Part shown: one piece after another, positions 27,590-41,249 of the stretch | How the letters are laid out: the number at the start of each line of letters is the position of its first letter | Position numbering within the stretch: position 1 is the stretch's first letter | Source of the DNA: Octopus vulgaris | Taxonomy: Eukaryota | Reading direction: 5' to 3' | Assembly: GCA_951406725.2 (NCBI GenBank) | Contig: OX597820.1 | Span: 68,014,001-68,078,000 of the forward strand | DNA: 64,000 bases | The notes under the pieces: generated by a model | The model's input: the letters and a program-made list of their open reading frames with translations, nothing else | Database searches by the model: none | Told to the model about the DNA's origin: nothing | Program-made: the position numbers and the translations under genes

Positions 27590-27939
27590 CATATGTATAC
27601 TAGGTTGATTAAAAAATAAGTAAAGTTTTGAACCATGAAATTTTTGTATCGGACTTTTGCAGAGTTTTGAATGTTTTAAAACATTTCTTTGCAATTGTCT
27701 GATAATACAGACACAGACTTGCCCAAATGCATCAATAAATTAACATTGTTTTATTTTTTTCACGTTGTTACAATCGTCTGTGACCGAGTTTGTTTGTGCG
27801 TCGTTCGAGAGGTTAGTGAAGGATTGTTGAATTGGAATTATATTTGTTATTAATTGTTGTGTCTTGAAACACTTGATTTCGCTGCCTCGAGGCAGTTTTG
27901 TTAACGCCGTCCCCCTTGTTTGAAGGGGGAAGCGCATTG

Positions 27940-28975
27940 TGTCTTCATGATGCATGAAGATTTGAATTTTTCAGACCTGACGACATCTGAAGAAGAATTA
28001 CTGAGAAGTTTGAATATTGCAGACTAGAAGATGGAAAAATGAAGGTGAGTAAAAAAAAAAATGAATTTTGCAGTTGCGGCTGGTGAAATAAGAGAAGGGA
28101 TTTGGAGTTGAACAAGTACAGGAAAATCCTGCGAAGGGAGGGGCACGAAGTAACCCTCTTAGTGAAGTTACAAGGGACACGCAAAAAAGGCAATAATATA
28201 TAGAACTTACAGCATGCATGTAAAGAGAAGTTGAGAAGGCATTGAGACCCATCTAGCAGGATGTCATCTATCTTGTCAGAGGGAAGAAATACGCAACTGT
28301 GGAGGTGCGATTTGCATCCGAGGAGAAGGCTAGGCAACATTCTGTAGCCTCCCTGAAAACGGACGAGGTAATACTTCTGCCAGCTTATCTTGGAAGATGT
28401 GCTTCCAGGGTAAGGGTGGAAGAGATTCCCCGGGAGGTAGATGTCACCTGGCTGGTGGCTGCAGTACTGCTGGGTGTAGAAGAGAAGATAGATGTCCTCT
28501 AAGTAACGAGAGCAACACTGAAGAATTGGCAAGGGCAGATCCTGGAGATAATCATCCAGGCTGCCCCGGAGGACCTTGAAAGAATGGTCGACAGCATAAC
28601 GATGAGCGAGGAGGTGGTATTAAGTATTATAGTGAAGGGCAAGAAACTCGCTACTATAAATGTAGCCAGAAGGGCTACTTAAGAAAATAGTGTCCTCCAC
28701 CGACCACAATGATACTAGCAGCACTGCAGGCCCGAAGGGATATCACATCTCTACCTCCTGCAATGACAATGGAGTGTGGAAGAGCTCGGCAAAGAAGCAC
28801 AAATAGAGGAAGAGAAAACAGAAGAATGGAAGACGGTAAGCCGGAAAAAAAGAAAAGGAGAAATCAGAGTGTTGATGTTAAGCCCCATCTTACTCCCACC
28901 CGACCCCTACCCCACCCCACTTTGACCCACCCTCCCCCTGCAGACACCAATCCTCACCCTATCCCACCAGAGACT
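27940..28975 (+). pseudogene. Decayed ORF1 (gag-like) of a Tx1/L1-clade LINE
   Basis: VEVRFASEEKAR..LLPAYLGR..RVRVEEIPREV (RRM-like) followed by a degenerate Zn knuckle YYKCSQKGYLRK*CP near 28651-28696. Confidence 0.6.
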
Positions 28976-29036
28976 GTGTGTTTGCAGCTATAGTATCAGT
29001 GTCTTTTGTGTTGATGTATATATGCATACGTATATC

Positions 29037-29096
<60 letters not shown>

Positions 29097-29097
<1 letters not shown>

Positions 29098-29240
29098 CTT
29101 TATATATATAAAACTGAGAATGTGTGTCTGTCTGTCTGTCTGTGTGTGTGTTTCCCTGAAACTTGAGAACTACACAACCAATTTCATTCAAATTTTACAC
29201 ATGCCTTACTTAGGGTCCGGGGAGTGTCATCGGCCAAAAT
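29097..29240 (+). mobile_element. Helitron 5' end
   Basis: A|TCtttatatatataaaactgagaatgtgtgtctgtctg..caaccaatttcattcaaatttt. Confidence 0.65.
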
Positions 29241-30242
29241 AGTTGACATTCCCTTTGCAGTTTTTAATTCAGAAACTCTTTTTGGCATTGAACTGATGAG
29301 CTTTGTGATTGTCTCTTGTGGAATTTCTGCCTATTTTTGACGCAACAATCGAAACATTTTATCTTTAGACTTAGGTTTCTCTCAATTTTCCCTATATCTC
29401 TATCTAGTATGCTCCAAAGATTTTCAATTGGGTTCATGTCATGAGATTGGCTCGGCCAAGGAAACTTTTTGATCTCATTTTCAGTCAGTCATTGTTGATT
29501 GCTTTTCACTGTGTGGCATGGAGTCCCATCTTTCATGAATAAAAACTCATTTTTCGTTGTGTTATCGGAAGTAGTCCTTGCTTAAGTATTTCGATGCATT
29601 TTTCAGAGTTTATGGTTCCAACACATTCAATCAGCTCAGAACGACCATTGCTGGTGACAGCTCCCCATACCATTACAGAGATACCACCATAATATCACAG
29701 TTGGCTGGAGTCGTTTCAAATCAAATTCTTGATTGGGAAGCCTCCAGACCCAAACACGACCACTGTCTGAAAATAATGCAAATCTGGATTCATCTGAGAA
29801 AATCACACTATCCCAAAATTAAGTGGATTTTTCTGACTTTTCCTTAGCCCATTTCTTTCTTTTCGTGATATTAATTGGTTGAAGGAGAGGTTTACTTCTA
29901 GCTGCTCGTCCATAATACCCAAACTTATGCAGATATGTAACACACGTTCTTGGACTAACTTCTAGCTGCTTTTCAATGTCAGAGGCCTTCGAACGGGGTT
30001 CGTTTTTCACAATTCCCTTCAAACAGCGAAGCTTCCTTTCCGAGGGTCTAGGTCGGCCGGGAAGAGAATCTGTTGATTCTTTTCCTTGGCTTTTGAATTG
30101 CACTATAATTCTATTAACAGTAACAAGAGGAATTAGAAGATTTTCGGCTATTTTTCGCTGGCCAAGACCAGCCTCAGATAGCCCAATAATACGACCTCTT
30201 TGAAAATCTGACAGTTCTGCTGAATTTCTTTGTGCGTGACAT
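29240..30242 (-). pseudogene. Tc1-family transposase pseudogene
   Basis: Frameshifted [54 protein letters not shown]. Confidence 0.88.
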
Positions 30243-30419
30243 GGTTACTCTTCGGAAATGCTTAATATAATGGCACCTGGAATGAAAAAGAATAATTACA
30301 TTGTAAATTCTACATCGCTGAAAAGATATTAAGACACTAAGATCAGAAATTTTGAAAATTAAAGGTGTCTTTTTATTTTCTGCATGTCTGTGTATATATA
30401 TGCATTTATTAATGTTAAA

Positions 30420-30575
30420 ACTACGGGCTTCTTTTAATTTCTGTCTATCAAAATACACTCACAAGGATTTAATAGGCTCAGGGCTATAGTAGAAGACATG
30501 CCCGAGGTGCCACGGAATGGGACTGAATCCAGAACCATACAGCTGGGAAGCAATCTTCTTACCACACATCCAATC
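30420..30575 (-). mobile_element. SINE family A head fragment
   Basis: ggctatagtagaagacatgcccgaggtgccacg..gggactgaa. Confidence 0.7.
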
Positions 30576-30599
30576 CTGTTGTTTACCGTCTTAAGCTCA

Positions 30600-31608
30600 T
30601 CCAGGGATGTTGTATCATGATGATTCGCGCCGGGTAACAAAATGCCGATATCATCACAGCTGCTCAATGCTGTGAACACTGTAAAACTTGACATGGACGG
30701 CTGCAACGGAAACTACGAAGCAGTGGCCAGAAAAAGGGACACAACAGGCGTTCTGATTGCGTCTGCACGCCTGAATTCATTCAGGAACTGCGGGACTAGG
30801 TGATGGAAGATCCGGGCAAGGGATTTCGGTCTTTGGCGAAAGAGATGAGTATTGGAGTCGTTATCATGAAGCTGGTCCTGAATGAAGCCTTCATTACAAC
30901 TCGTACACGAGGCGCAAGGAACAGGATCTGACAAGATCCGCTTGACGAAGGCAAAGAAACTCCTGAACAAGCTAAGGCATCTTACTGAGCCGGGAATATG
31001 TTTCTTTTCAGATGAAAAGAACTTTGCCAGGACCAGTTGCACAGTACGCCGAAGAACAGGTGGCTTGCAAATAATCCATGCCATGTTCTATGTATCATGA
31101 AAACCAAGTTCACCAAAACTGTGATGGTCTTTGAACGTGTCTCCAGCGAAGGTGACGTCATGTCGCCCCACATATTTAAACAGGACCTTAGTTTCAATTC
31201 AGATGGCTATGTGAAACTGCTGGAGACAGTGACCAAAATCTGGCTAGAAAAGGTTGCTGCTCGAAGGTCATATGTGAGGCAGTAGGATTCAGTTGGTTAC
31301 CATGCCGTCGGAAAGAGTCAGAAGTGGTTGTCAGAGAATTTCTACGACTTCACCAGCCACAGTTTCTGGCCCCTTAATTCCCCAATTGTAATCCCATGGA
31401 CTACTGTGTGGGGGATGTAGCGGAGAAAACCACCAATCGCTCAGCCAACAACACCAAGGCCGAGCTGGGGGTCAAGATCAAAGAAGTGTTCAAAGATCGG
31501 TCTAGGGACACAATGAGGAATGCATGCATCAGGTTCCGGAACCATTTTGAAGGCGTAGAGGAAGCCGAGGTCTGCTACTTTGAGAAAAATGTTATCTCCC
31601 AATCATAA
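30600..31608 (+). pseudogene. Tc1/mariner transposase pseudogene (DD37D/maT-like)
   Basis: CFFSDEKNF..TVMVF..VSSEG..Q*DS..H..SQKWL..FWPLNSP...MDYCV..ACIRFRNHFEGV. Confidence 0.85.
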
Positions 31609-31772
31609 TCTTGTTGATATTTTCTGATTTTTAAAGATACTGATATTTTTAGATGGGATATTGTGTTTTCTGTTCCTTTTGCGTTGGCCCGAATATCCTT
31701 ATATATAATCAAGCATTATATTATTGTTTTTCGTATACAATCAGTCAGAAAAATATATATTGTCCTATTTTG

Positions 31773-31796
<24 letters not shown>

Positions 31797-31809
<13 letters not shown>

Positions 31810-32470
31810 ACTCAACTTGTGTGTCTGTGTGTGTATCTGTGTGTATGTCTGTGTGTTTAAATTCCCGGTACACCTCCTCCTAGCCAACAAATCGAAGAAC
31901 CACCAAAAATGGGTCACTTAAAGTTTAGGCGAATGAAAATTGAACTGCGCTATTTCTGTTCCGAAATTCCTCTCGCCATGCATTGAATAGTGAACTTTAC
32001 TTAGTCAGCTGTTTGACGTGAACTGTGTTCACCACGCGTGCAAACATGCGTAAATTGCATGAAAAATAAAAGATCAAGATATAAAAACGAATCGCCGTAA
32101 ACATTGCAGAAATTCGGCAAAGAAATGAATTTTCGGGATGTAGCCTGGATAGTTTTTTTTTCGTATTAATCGTTTGGACTTTGTGAACACATACCAATTG
32201 TTTTCATAACATTTTTAACGCTTTGAATTAAATGTAACCATTTTGCGTTGACTCTGCAGTTTGAATCACTTTAACCAAATTTTAGCGGGCCGGATATTTG
32301 ATCACGATACATCGCCAGCGACTCCCTGAAACTCTCCCCTGAAATCCCCGTTGAGAAATCTATATATATAAAACTCAACTTGTGTGTCTGTGTTTGTATC
32401 TGTGTGTGTGTCTGTGTGTTTAACTTTTGGATTTACTAAGTTACATTATTAAGGATGGAAAGTAGTGTAG
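31797..32470 (+). mobile_element. Two tandem Helitron 5' segments (about 31797 and 32359)
   Basis: Both begin tatatata.aactcaacttgtgtgtctgtgt; the second has an intact A|TC. Confidence 0.6.
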
Positions 32471-32476
32471 AGCAAA

Positions 32477-32778
32477 TCTATATATATAAAGCTAAAGTTG
32501 TCTGTGTGTGGCAGGTTTGGTAGCCTTCAACTAACACTATCTCCTTCGAGACCCTGCAGCGCAAGTTGACCAAAATTGAGAGTAGGATAGAAGACTTGCT
32601 CTTCATTCTGTAGAAGATAAAATTCAAATCGGACCATGTTAACACCAAAAATTATTTACATCAAAAAGGTGCTTTTTTTCTATGAAAATCCCTATTTTTT
32701 ACGAAAATTTTTACTTTTCAAATTTTCCAATTCCAAAGGGTCGAAACAAGCCCAAGCAACACCGGGTGATACTGCTAG
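32477..32778 (+). mobile_element. Complete 302-bp non-autonomous Helitron
   Basis: A|TCtatatatataaagc...cccaagcaacaccgggtgatactgCTAG|T. Confidence 0.88.
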
Positions 32779-33039
32779 TATATATATATGTACGTACACT
32801 TTGTTCTCTTATATGTAAGTACACATTTCACAAAATTTTGTACGACATTTTCAAATCTTTCTCCCCCCTCTCTCTCACATTTCTTTGCCTTTCTTACTCA
32901 CTTTGCACTTCACTATGTCCCTGTCTCTCTCTTTTTTTTGCCACTCCTTGATTCTTCCATCTATCTACTGCTACACACACTCTCTCTCTCTCTTCTCCCC
33001 TCCTTAATTCCTTTGTTCCTCTTTTTCTCTCTCTTCTCT

Positions 33040-33525
33040 TCTCACGTGACCGTTGACCAACTGCTAACCATTTTGCGTTTGACCGTGGTCATTGCCACAT
33101 GGATACTGTTCCCTCTGCCGTAAGGCTTCATTTCCATACACGCCAGCTGAATTCAGTTCGTCTCCAGTCGAAAGACGCTTGTTGTTATGTCCTGTTATTA
33201 TTATTATTATTGTTTTTTATTGTATTTTTGTATTTATATTCGTGTAATATCGTCTGTTTTTCTGTCCTTGTTTCGTATACATTCGATGTTTTTTTCCCAA
33301 GGAATCTAATGCTCTTAGCTTAGTTTTCCTTGGAGCTGACCAGATTGGAGCAATCTCAAGATTAATCAGCCGAAATTGTGAGGATGATCCGGTTCTTGAC
33401 TGAAGATAAAAGGCTTCGAATGACCCGTTCGTGTTTTTTGTATTGTCTATCTGGATGTTTTGTTGTCCCCTTTTGTATCACCTAGTTGTCCGGATGTTTT
33501 GTGTTCTTGTCCCATTTTGTATAAT
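33040..33525 (+). mobile_element. (TA)n-associated non-autonomous element, same family as 18474-18992
   Basis: Shared ggaatcta.tgctcttagctta..gctgaccagattggagca..ggatgttttg; ends at (TA)n. Confidence 0.7.
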
Positions 33526-33526
33526 A

Positions 33527-33561
<35 letters not shown>

Positions 33562-33615
33562 CATACACGTAATATATATATGTATATGTGTGGGTGTGTG
33601 TATATATACATACAC

Positions 33616-33662
<47 letters not shown>

Positions 33663-33810
33663 TGGACATACATTTAATATATATATATATATAATACATA
33701 GGCTTAAATCTACGAATGTATCTATCTGTAATATGTATGTATGTATGTATGTATCTATCTATCTATCTATCTATATATATATATATATATATATATATAG
33801 ATATATAGAT

Positions 33811-35386
33811 AATCTGGACAGAATCTCTAAATACTCTGGAAGAGTTCAATATCCTCCTGAACAACCTACACCCATCTCTCCAATTTACAAAGGAGATGAG
33901 TAGTACCAAATTACCATTCCTAGATATAATGGTAATTAAAAAAGACACCACCATCACCACAGATATATACTATAAATACACAGACACACATCAATACCTA
34001 AATTTTAAGTCGTGCCATCCACCACATACAAAACGCAACATCCCGTACTGCCTAGCCAGAAGAATTTGTACCATTATAGAAGATGCAAATATCAGGAACA
34101 AACGCCTAACAGAACTAAGAGAATTTTTGCTCAAACAAAAATACCCATCTCTACTTATAGAAAATGGCATACAGCAGGCTATAAAAATACCCATACAACA
34201 ACTTAGGACAACCCAAGGAAGAGGAAAACAAGAACAAGTCATACCATTCATAGTGACACACAACCCATGTTACCAGAATATCTTCAACATTGCCAAAGCA
34301 AACCTACCAATCATTGCCCAAAGTAATGAATTAAAAGACATAATCACGGATCGGGCTATGGTTCTTAGTAAAATACAGCCTAAAAACTTGAAAAAATTAC
34401 TAACAAAGACCAAACATTCACTGTATCTAGATGCAATGATAGCCGATGTGGCACATGCTAATTCATACATACCGGCCAATATATAAACACAAAAACCGGG
34501 AAAATGAACTGCAAAAGCAGAAATTTAATTTACTGCATCAAATGCCCAAATTGTGAAGAAATATATGTAGGTCAGACGGGAAATGCACTATCAGAACGCT
34601 CACGTGTACACCGACAACAGATTAGAGATCCAGAGGTCTGTCAGATACTTTTGAGTAACCACCTAGCAACATGTGGTTGGAAAATATATATAATATTTCC
34701 ATTCTACAAATTACACAGCCCAAGTGAAATCGAGAGGAAAATCAGAGAAAAGAATTTTATTGATAAATTCTAACCCAAGCTAAATAATAATAATAATAAT
34801 AATGATACTTAGATAGCAGGAAAATTATCTTATTTAGGGTTAAAAGTTCTATTGCCACCACCATCACCACTAGCAACAATAATTAAGGTGCTGACAATGA
34901 TGATGATGACAATTGAAATATAAAAATATAAAAATCTCTCACAAAGGCTATTTACAACATTTCTAAAAATAGCCCAACAATTGCTGCCTCGGCCAGGGTT
35001 AAGATACAGGACTCTTGACATGTCCAACAAAGCATGACGCTTAAACCAATCAGCTCAACCAACCAATCAGCTTAAGTAATTGAATGATACTACACACTGA
35101 CTGGTCAGAATACAGTTTGCAAAACCTAGCACTCTGGAGCCCACACAGGTGTATTTAAGGCACAGATTCAATCATCTCGCTACAGTCAAAAATTGTGAAG
35201 CATGACTGTCACCACTACTACATGAACCTGAAGATTGCAGAATTTAATGCATGAAAGTACTAGTTCAATCAGAATGAACATTTAATATTCTATTATTTTA
35301 TTTTATTTTATTATATTATATTATCTTATATCATTATAAGATTGTAAATAAAACGTGAAAATCAGACAAGGTTGGAATTCCTTTTA

Positions 35387-35388
<2 letters not shown>
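33811..35388 (+). mobile_element. 5'-truncated Penelope-like retroelement (Neptune-type): RT C-terminus, Cys linker, GIY-YIG endonuclease, 3' hammerhead
   Basis: LPFLDIMV..TDIYYKYTDTHQYL..SCHPPHTKRNIP; RCNDSRCGTC; NLIYCIKCPNCEEIYVGQTG; flanked by (TA)n. Confidence 0.92.
35223..35267 (+). ncRNA. Minimal type I hammerhead ribozyme
   Basis: tgaac-CTGAAGA-ttgca..tgcat-GAAA-gtac-TA-gttca. Confidence 0.85.
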
Positions 35389-35436
<48 letters not shown>

Positions 35437-35851
35437 TGAGAAAGTTGGTGTGTGAAAGCACGTGGTTGGATATATAGAAAATAGAAAAGAGTGAAAAAAC
35501 TACAGAAGTTTTGTTTTATAAAGTTAAAGAATATATTTAAGTCGTTATGTTAGAAGAATGTTATAAAATTTTTCATACAGTAACATCCTTAAATCCTTAA
35601 AAATGTTTTAGCCCGAAGGCCGCGGCCATGCTGAATGAGCTACACTGATTTGTGAATCCACCTCTGATACGTGGCACTTGATCAACAAGGGAGTTCGATG
35701 CTGCTGCCCGCATCCGCGTCTCCTGTCGTGAGGTAGGTTCACCTGGGACTCCCGACATGAAAAATTTTATAACATTCTTCTAACATAACGACTGAAATAT
35801 ATTCTTTAACCTTATAAAACAAGTCTTCTGTAGTTTTTTCACTCTTTTCTA

Positions 35852-35934
<83 letters not shown>

Positions 35935-36182
35935 AATACATACACACAGACACATTTATTTATGATTCTTAAACAAGAATGTTATTGATAGTAACTTTGA
36001 AGTTACGACCAGCTAAGCCATCGTCCGACGATCACTTCACTGGCCGAATCTCCGTAGTCACTGTCAACAATCAACGACATTCTTGTTTGATGATAATAAA
36101 TTTGGAACTCTACAAAAGTATAACGTAACCCATCAGATTAATGTAAAATTGTTTTTATTTTAACTGAACATAAAAACAAACA

Positions 36183-36247
<65 letters not shown>

Positions 36248-36331
36248 ATTCGAGACAAAACCACTATTTTAAAACCAAACAAGGAAAGACTTAATCAATA
36301 CATAAAATTTTAATATAAATTAAATAAACCG

Positions 36332-36375
36332 CCACTACAAATGTTTCATGTCTGCTACGGACAATCTTCAGGTGG
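36332..36375 (-). ncRNA. Minimal type I hammerhead ribozyme in a PLE-like terminus (about 36240-36580)
   Basis: Minus strand: ccac-CTGAAGA-ttgtc-cgtagca-gacat-GAAA-catttg-TA-gtgg. Confidence 0.8.
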
Positions 36376-36884
36376 ATTTTCGATCTAAAAATAGCAATAT
36401 TTTAAAATATAATTTAAAATAATAAAACAATAAAATTATCAATGAAAGAATGTAAAAAAATAAAAATATAATCTATATATAATCTATATATAATCTATAT
36501 ATAATCAATATATAATCTAAAATAATCTAAAATAAACCCTATAAACAATTGGATATAAAAACCTATTATAAAAGTTCTCATATTTAAGCTGTAGCTGAAA
36601 TTGCAGTGATAAATGCAAGTTGTAACTACACCTCTTACACGATGATGTCATGGCTGTCACTTAAATTGCAAGTGTCATTGCAGCAGATGTGACTTCAATT
36701 GTTCTCAATGTCACAGTCAATATTTGTAGTGGTTACAGTAATTACATTGGTGGCACAAAGGTGTTTTTATGACAAAGCTGCTAACGTTAAGGTAGTTGCG
36801 CGACAAAACAATGAAAAGAGGCTCTATCTTTTTGCAGGAATGAGGAATGCTCGTTGAGATGAGTGCGGTAGCATATGGCCATAT

Positions 36885-37120
36885 AAGGCGGCGAGCTGGC
36901 AGAAACCTTAGCACGCCGGGCGAAATGCGTAGCCGTATTTTGTCTGCCGTTACGTTCTGAGTTCAAATTCGGTCGAGGTCGACTTTGCCTTTCATTCTTT
37001 CGGGGTCGATTAAATAAATACCATTTACGCACTGGGGTCGATATAATCGAATTAATCCGTTTGTCTGTCCTTGTTTGTCCTCTCTGTGTTTAGCCCCTTG
37101 TGGGTAGTAAAGAAGTAGGT
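36885..37120 (+). mobile_element. SINE family B
   Basis: Complete head-to-tail unit. Confidence 0.88.
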
Positions 37121-37243
37121 AGCATATGGGCATATATTGTGCTACTAAATATAACAGGTCCATAAGACATGTTATCTCCGGATGAAGACTTCAGTAAATT
37201 CCCCTGTCAACAATGTATTAACATTATGTATGATACATCGGTG

Positions 37244-37302
<59 letters not shown>

Positions 37303-37316
37303 CATATATATATGTA

Positions 37317-37368
<52 letters not shown>

Positions 37369-37728
37369 TGTATATAAATTAGAGAAGAAGCACCACGAAG
37401 CAATTCAACAATGATATACTTAAAACATACCATATAGAAAAAAATTTAAGATACGATAAAACATTTACCTAAAATTAAATAAAGTACTAAATAGTAAATA
37501 AATAGTATATTAGTACTTTATTTAGTTTTAGGTAAATGTTTTATCGTATCTTCAATTTTTTTCTATATGCTATATCATTGTTGAATTGATACATGGTGGT
37601 TCTTATCTAATTTATATACGTGTATTGTATATTGTGAAATTTGATTTAGTATTACTAAATTGAATTTTCCCTGTAAGTTTGGAATCATATTCCCTAACAT
37701 TATTATTATATATATATATATACATGCA

Positions 37729-37935
<207 letters not shown>

Positions 37936-38187
37936 GATCAGGATTCAAGTGAATCAGGAACCGGGTAGGGTCAAAGCATAAAATAGATGAATACATACGG
38001 AGGTACCGGAGTGCAGACAAAAAGATATTCAGGTTATGTACACGATTAACTGTACCCGACTGAGTATACCAATAATCCTGAGGTTAATCAAAAACGCACA
38101 TTATACTAAATATACGGTCCATAATATGCTGGTTTCGAGAGAGGTGAATAATGAATATACAAATAACAAAAGATGAATAACGTATCA

Positions 38188-38272
38188 ATTCACTACAGCT
38201 GTTTCCAACGAATTTTTAATTGATTAATGGAGACATTACGTCTGAAGAAAAAATCGTTTTCATCAGGTGAAT
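38188..38272 (-). ncRNA. Type I hammerhead ribozyme with extended stem II
   Basis: Minus strand: attcac-CTGATGA-aaacgattttt...aaaaattcgttg-GAAA-cagctg-TA-gtgaat. Confidence 0.8.
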
Positions 38273-38464
38273 ACATGAACTACAACATTATATAATCAAC
38301 GCATAAAACGAATTTTACTAATGATGTAATATGCCCATTAAACATTTAAAAATTCGGTGGAAACAGCTGTAGGGAATTGACACATGATCTATATATCGGA
38401 GGTCAGTCGGGAAATGCACTATCAGGAAATTGACACATGATCTATCTATCGGAGATCTATCGGA

Positions 38465-40449
38465 GCATCCATTTCGATATGGTAGACCATCGATACTTAG
38501 AGGCAATCCTGAGGGCGGCTGGTTTCGGTCCCGTCTTCCGCGGTTGAATAGCTGCTTTGTACAGAGGTATCCGTTCGGTGATTCGGATAAATGGACATCT
38601 ATCGAGACCCTTCGACATTGCACGTTCGGTCCGTCAGAGATGCCCCCTCTCGTCGCTTCTATACATATTGACTCTCGAGCCACTACTGAGGAAGTTGGCG
38701 ACTCTGAGGAGCATCCCGCGAGAATTGGGATGCGGGACGAGCGTGTCTGCATATGCGGACGACGTCGCCGTCATAGCGTCAAGCCACGAGCAATTCGAGC
38801 TGGTCGGCGAGACACTGAAAGACTACGAAGCGGTGTCAGGAGCGAAAATCAACCGGGAAATGTCAGTGGGCTTGCGGCTCGCCACATGGAGAAGCAAGCC
38901 CATGTCGTCCACCAGCACCTCCGTCGAGGGACGCTGGACTGACGGCCCGGTTGAGTTGCTCGGGGTCTGGTTCGGTCTGGACCTCCAAATGGAGAAGAAC
39001 TGGAACGAGATAACGAGTAAGGTGGTCACTCACGCCCGGCAAGGGGCCGAAAGGAAACTGTCCCTAAAAGGTCGGGCGGAGGTGGTGAACACGTACATCG
39101 CGTCCAACATCTACTATCGCCTGACCGTCGTACCTTGTCCCGACCCTACCATCACCAAACTAGAACGCATTCTCTTCCGCTTCTTGTGGAAATGATGCGT
39201 CCCGATGGTCAGGCGATCCATTTGCTGTTAACACCCATTAAAAGGAGGGCTGGGCATGCCGTAGTTAATGATGCGCAGACACGCGCTGAGACTGAACAGG
39301 TATGATCGCCGTTTGTGAGGCACGGTTTTCCGCGGCTCGTCTCCATGACAGAACTGCAGTATTGGATCAAAAAGAGGCCGAGGAAGGACGAATGGCACCG
39401 CGAGTGTCGCGTTGCTCTCAAGCAACTATGCCGTCCCGGGTCGACCTTGAGTGACTTCAACACAACCCAAGCATTCTATAGGGGATTAGTGGATGGGAGG
39501 TACGACGACGATCTTGGGGCGAACCTGGGCGTCGACAAGGAATACCTGACCCGCCTGTTTGAGACGACTTTCGGGCCAGGACCTATGGACAACTTCCAGA
39601 GATCCCTGGCCTGGCAGTGCTACCGAGAAGCGCTACCCGTTCGGGATAAGCTCTACAGACACGGCTCGAGAAACACGGGGCCGACCTGCTCGAGATGCGG
39701 TCAGAGCGACGAAACCGTTCTGCACGCACTCGTGCAGTGTCCAACAGTCTCCGACCTGTGGGCTTATGTCGAACAACTGCTGTCACGTGTGGGACGAGTT
39801 GGTTTATCAGCCGAGTCTATCGTCAATATTGTCACGCCTCCTTCCTTCAAATGGGAAAGAAGAGCTATTTTCATCATACTTGTGGCTATGGCGAAAGAAT
39901 GTATCTGGTGGACGCGCCTGAAAGGATTAGAGACAAACACATTCCTCTCTGGTCAATCTCTCATCAACTTCTTCAAGTATCACTTGAAAAGGAAAGTGAG
40001 AGTAGAGAGGCAAGTTTTGTCTAGTGAATGTTTTAAAAAAAGATGGATGAATGTAGCAAGGATGGCACGTATGAATGACGAAGCCACCTTGAGCATAATC
40101 CTATGAACCCGGAAATTTAAAACAGAGGGTTACCTACATGCAAACAAATGTGGTAACATGTAACAATATTGACCGAGGTTACCGTGATCTTTTCCGTCGG
40201 CTTTTCTTCCCACGGATATACCTTATCTGCTTCCCCTTTACACCTTACATCATGACACTGTGATACACGATCCCTATTGATCGTTTTTTTTCTTTTCCTT
40301 TTTTTTTTTCGTGTTTTCTTTCTGCTTTCCCTTTTACAATCCCTTTTGATCGAAAACCTACTCCACCTTTATATTTTTTTCTCTCCCCCAAAAAGAAAAG
40401 CTCTACTTTGTAATGTCTGTGTGCAGCCATGTGTGGTTAATAAAGAAAC
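38465..40449 (+). mobile_element. 5'-truncated Tx1-type L1-clade LINE: RT (YADD), Zn-finger region and 3'UTR; inactivated
   Basis: FDMVDH..SVRQRCPLS..AYADDV..GAKIN..LSLKGRA..CSRCGQSDETVLHALVQC; in-frame stops near 38545 and 39193; ends aataaagaaac before (TATC)n. Confidence 0.92.
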
Positions 40450-40741
40450 ATATCTATCTATCTTTCTTTCTTTCTAAATTTCTAGAAGGCGTAAGGGTTT
40501 CATTCTATATATTCTACGGCTTTATCTGCCTATCACTTCTTTCTCTTTCATGGGAGAGTTTGATTCTACTTTCAGTTTTCAGGAAAGGCCATCATATGTT
40601 AGACTCTCCACCATTCTTCAGTTGCCTACTCATCTGCTTTGGGGCCTTTGTTCTTCGCCTCATAACGATTTTACCGTTTCTACTAATTTCATTTTTGAGT
40701 ATGATGACCCCCTACCACGAGCTCGCGAGCACACACACACT

Positions 40742-40855
<114 letters not shown>

Positions 40856-41097
40856 TCAAAAGGATGTAGAAACTTAGAGATTTATGAAATAATTTGTTAT
40901 TAAGGGTGGAATTCGAAATAGATAAAGCTACAAAATTATAGCGTGCAGATACTGGGTTAGAAACCCTTTTCTTTAGCCTTCGACTTTTTGTGTGTAAAGG
41001 GTTTAATCCAATATTCACAGACTATTATTTTGTAGCTCTATCTACTTCGAATTCCGCCGTTAAAAACGAATTGTGTATGCGTGCATACATACATACA

Positions 41098-41178
<81 letters not shown>

Positions 41179-41249
41179 AAATCCTTAAAATCCTTAAAAA
41201 TCCTTAAAAATGTTTTAGCCCGAAGGCCGCGGCCGTACATATATATTCT

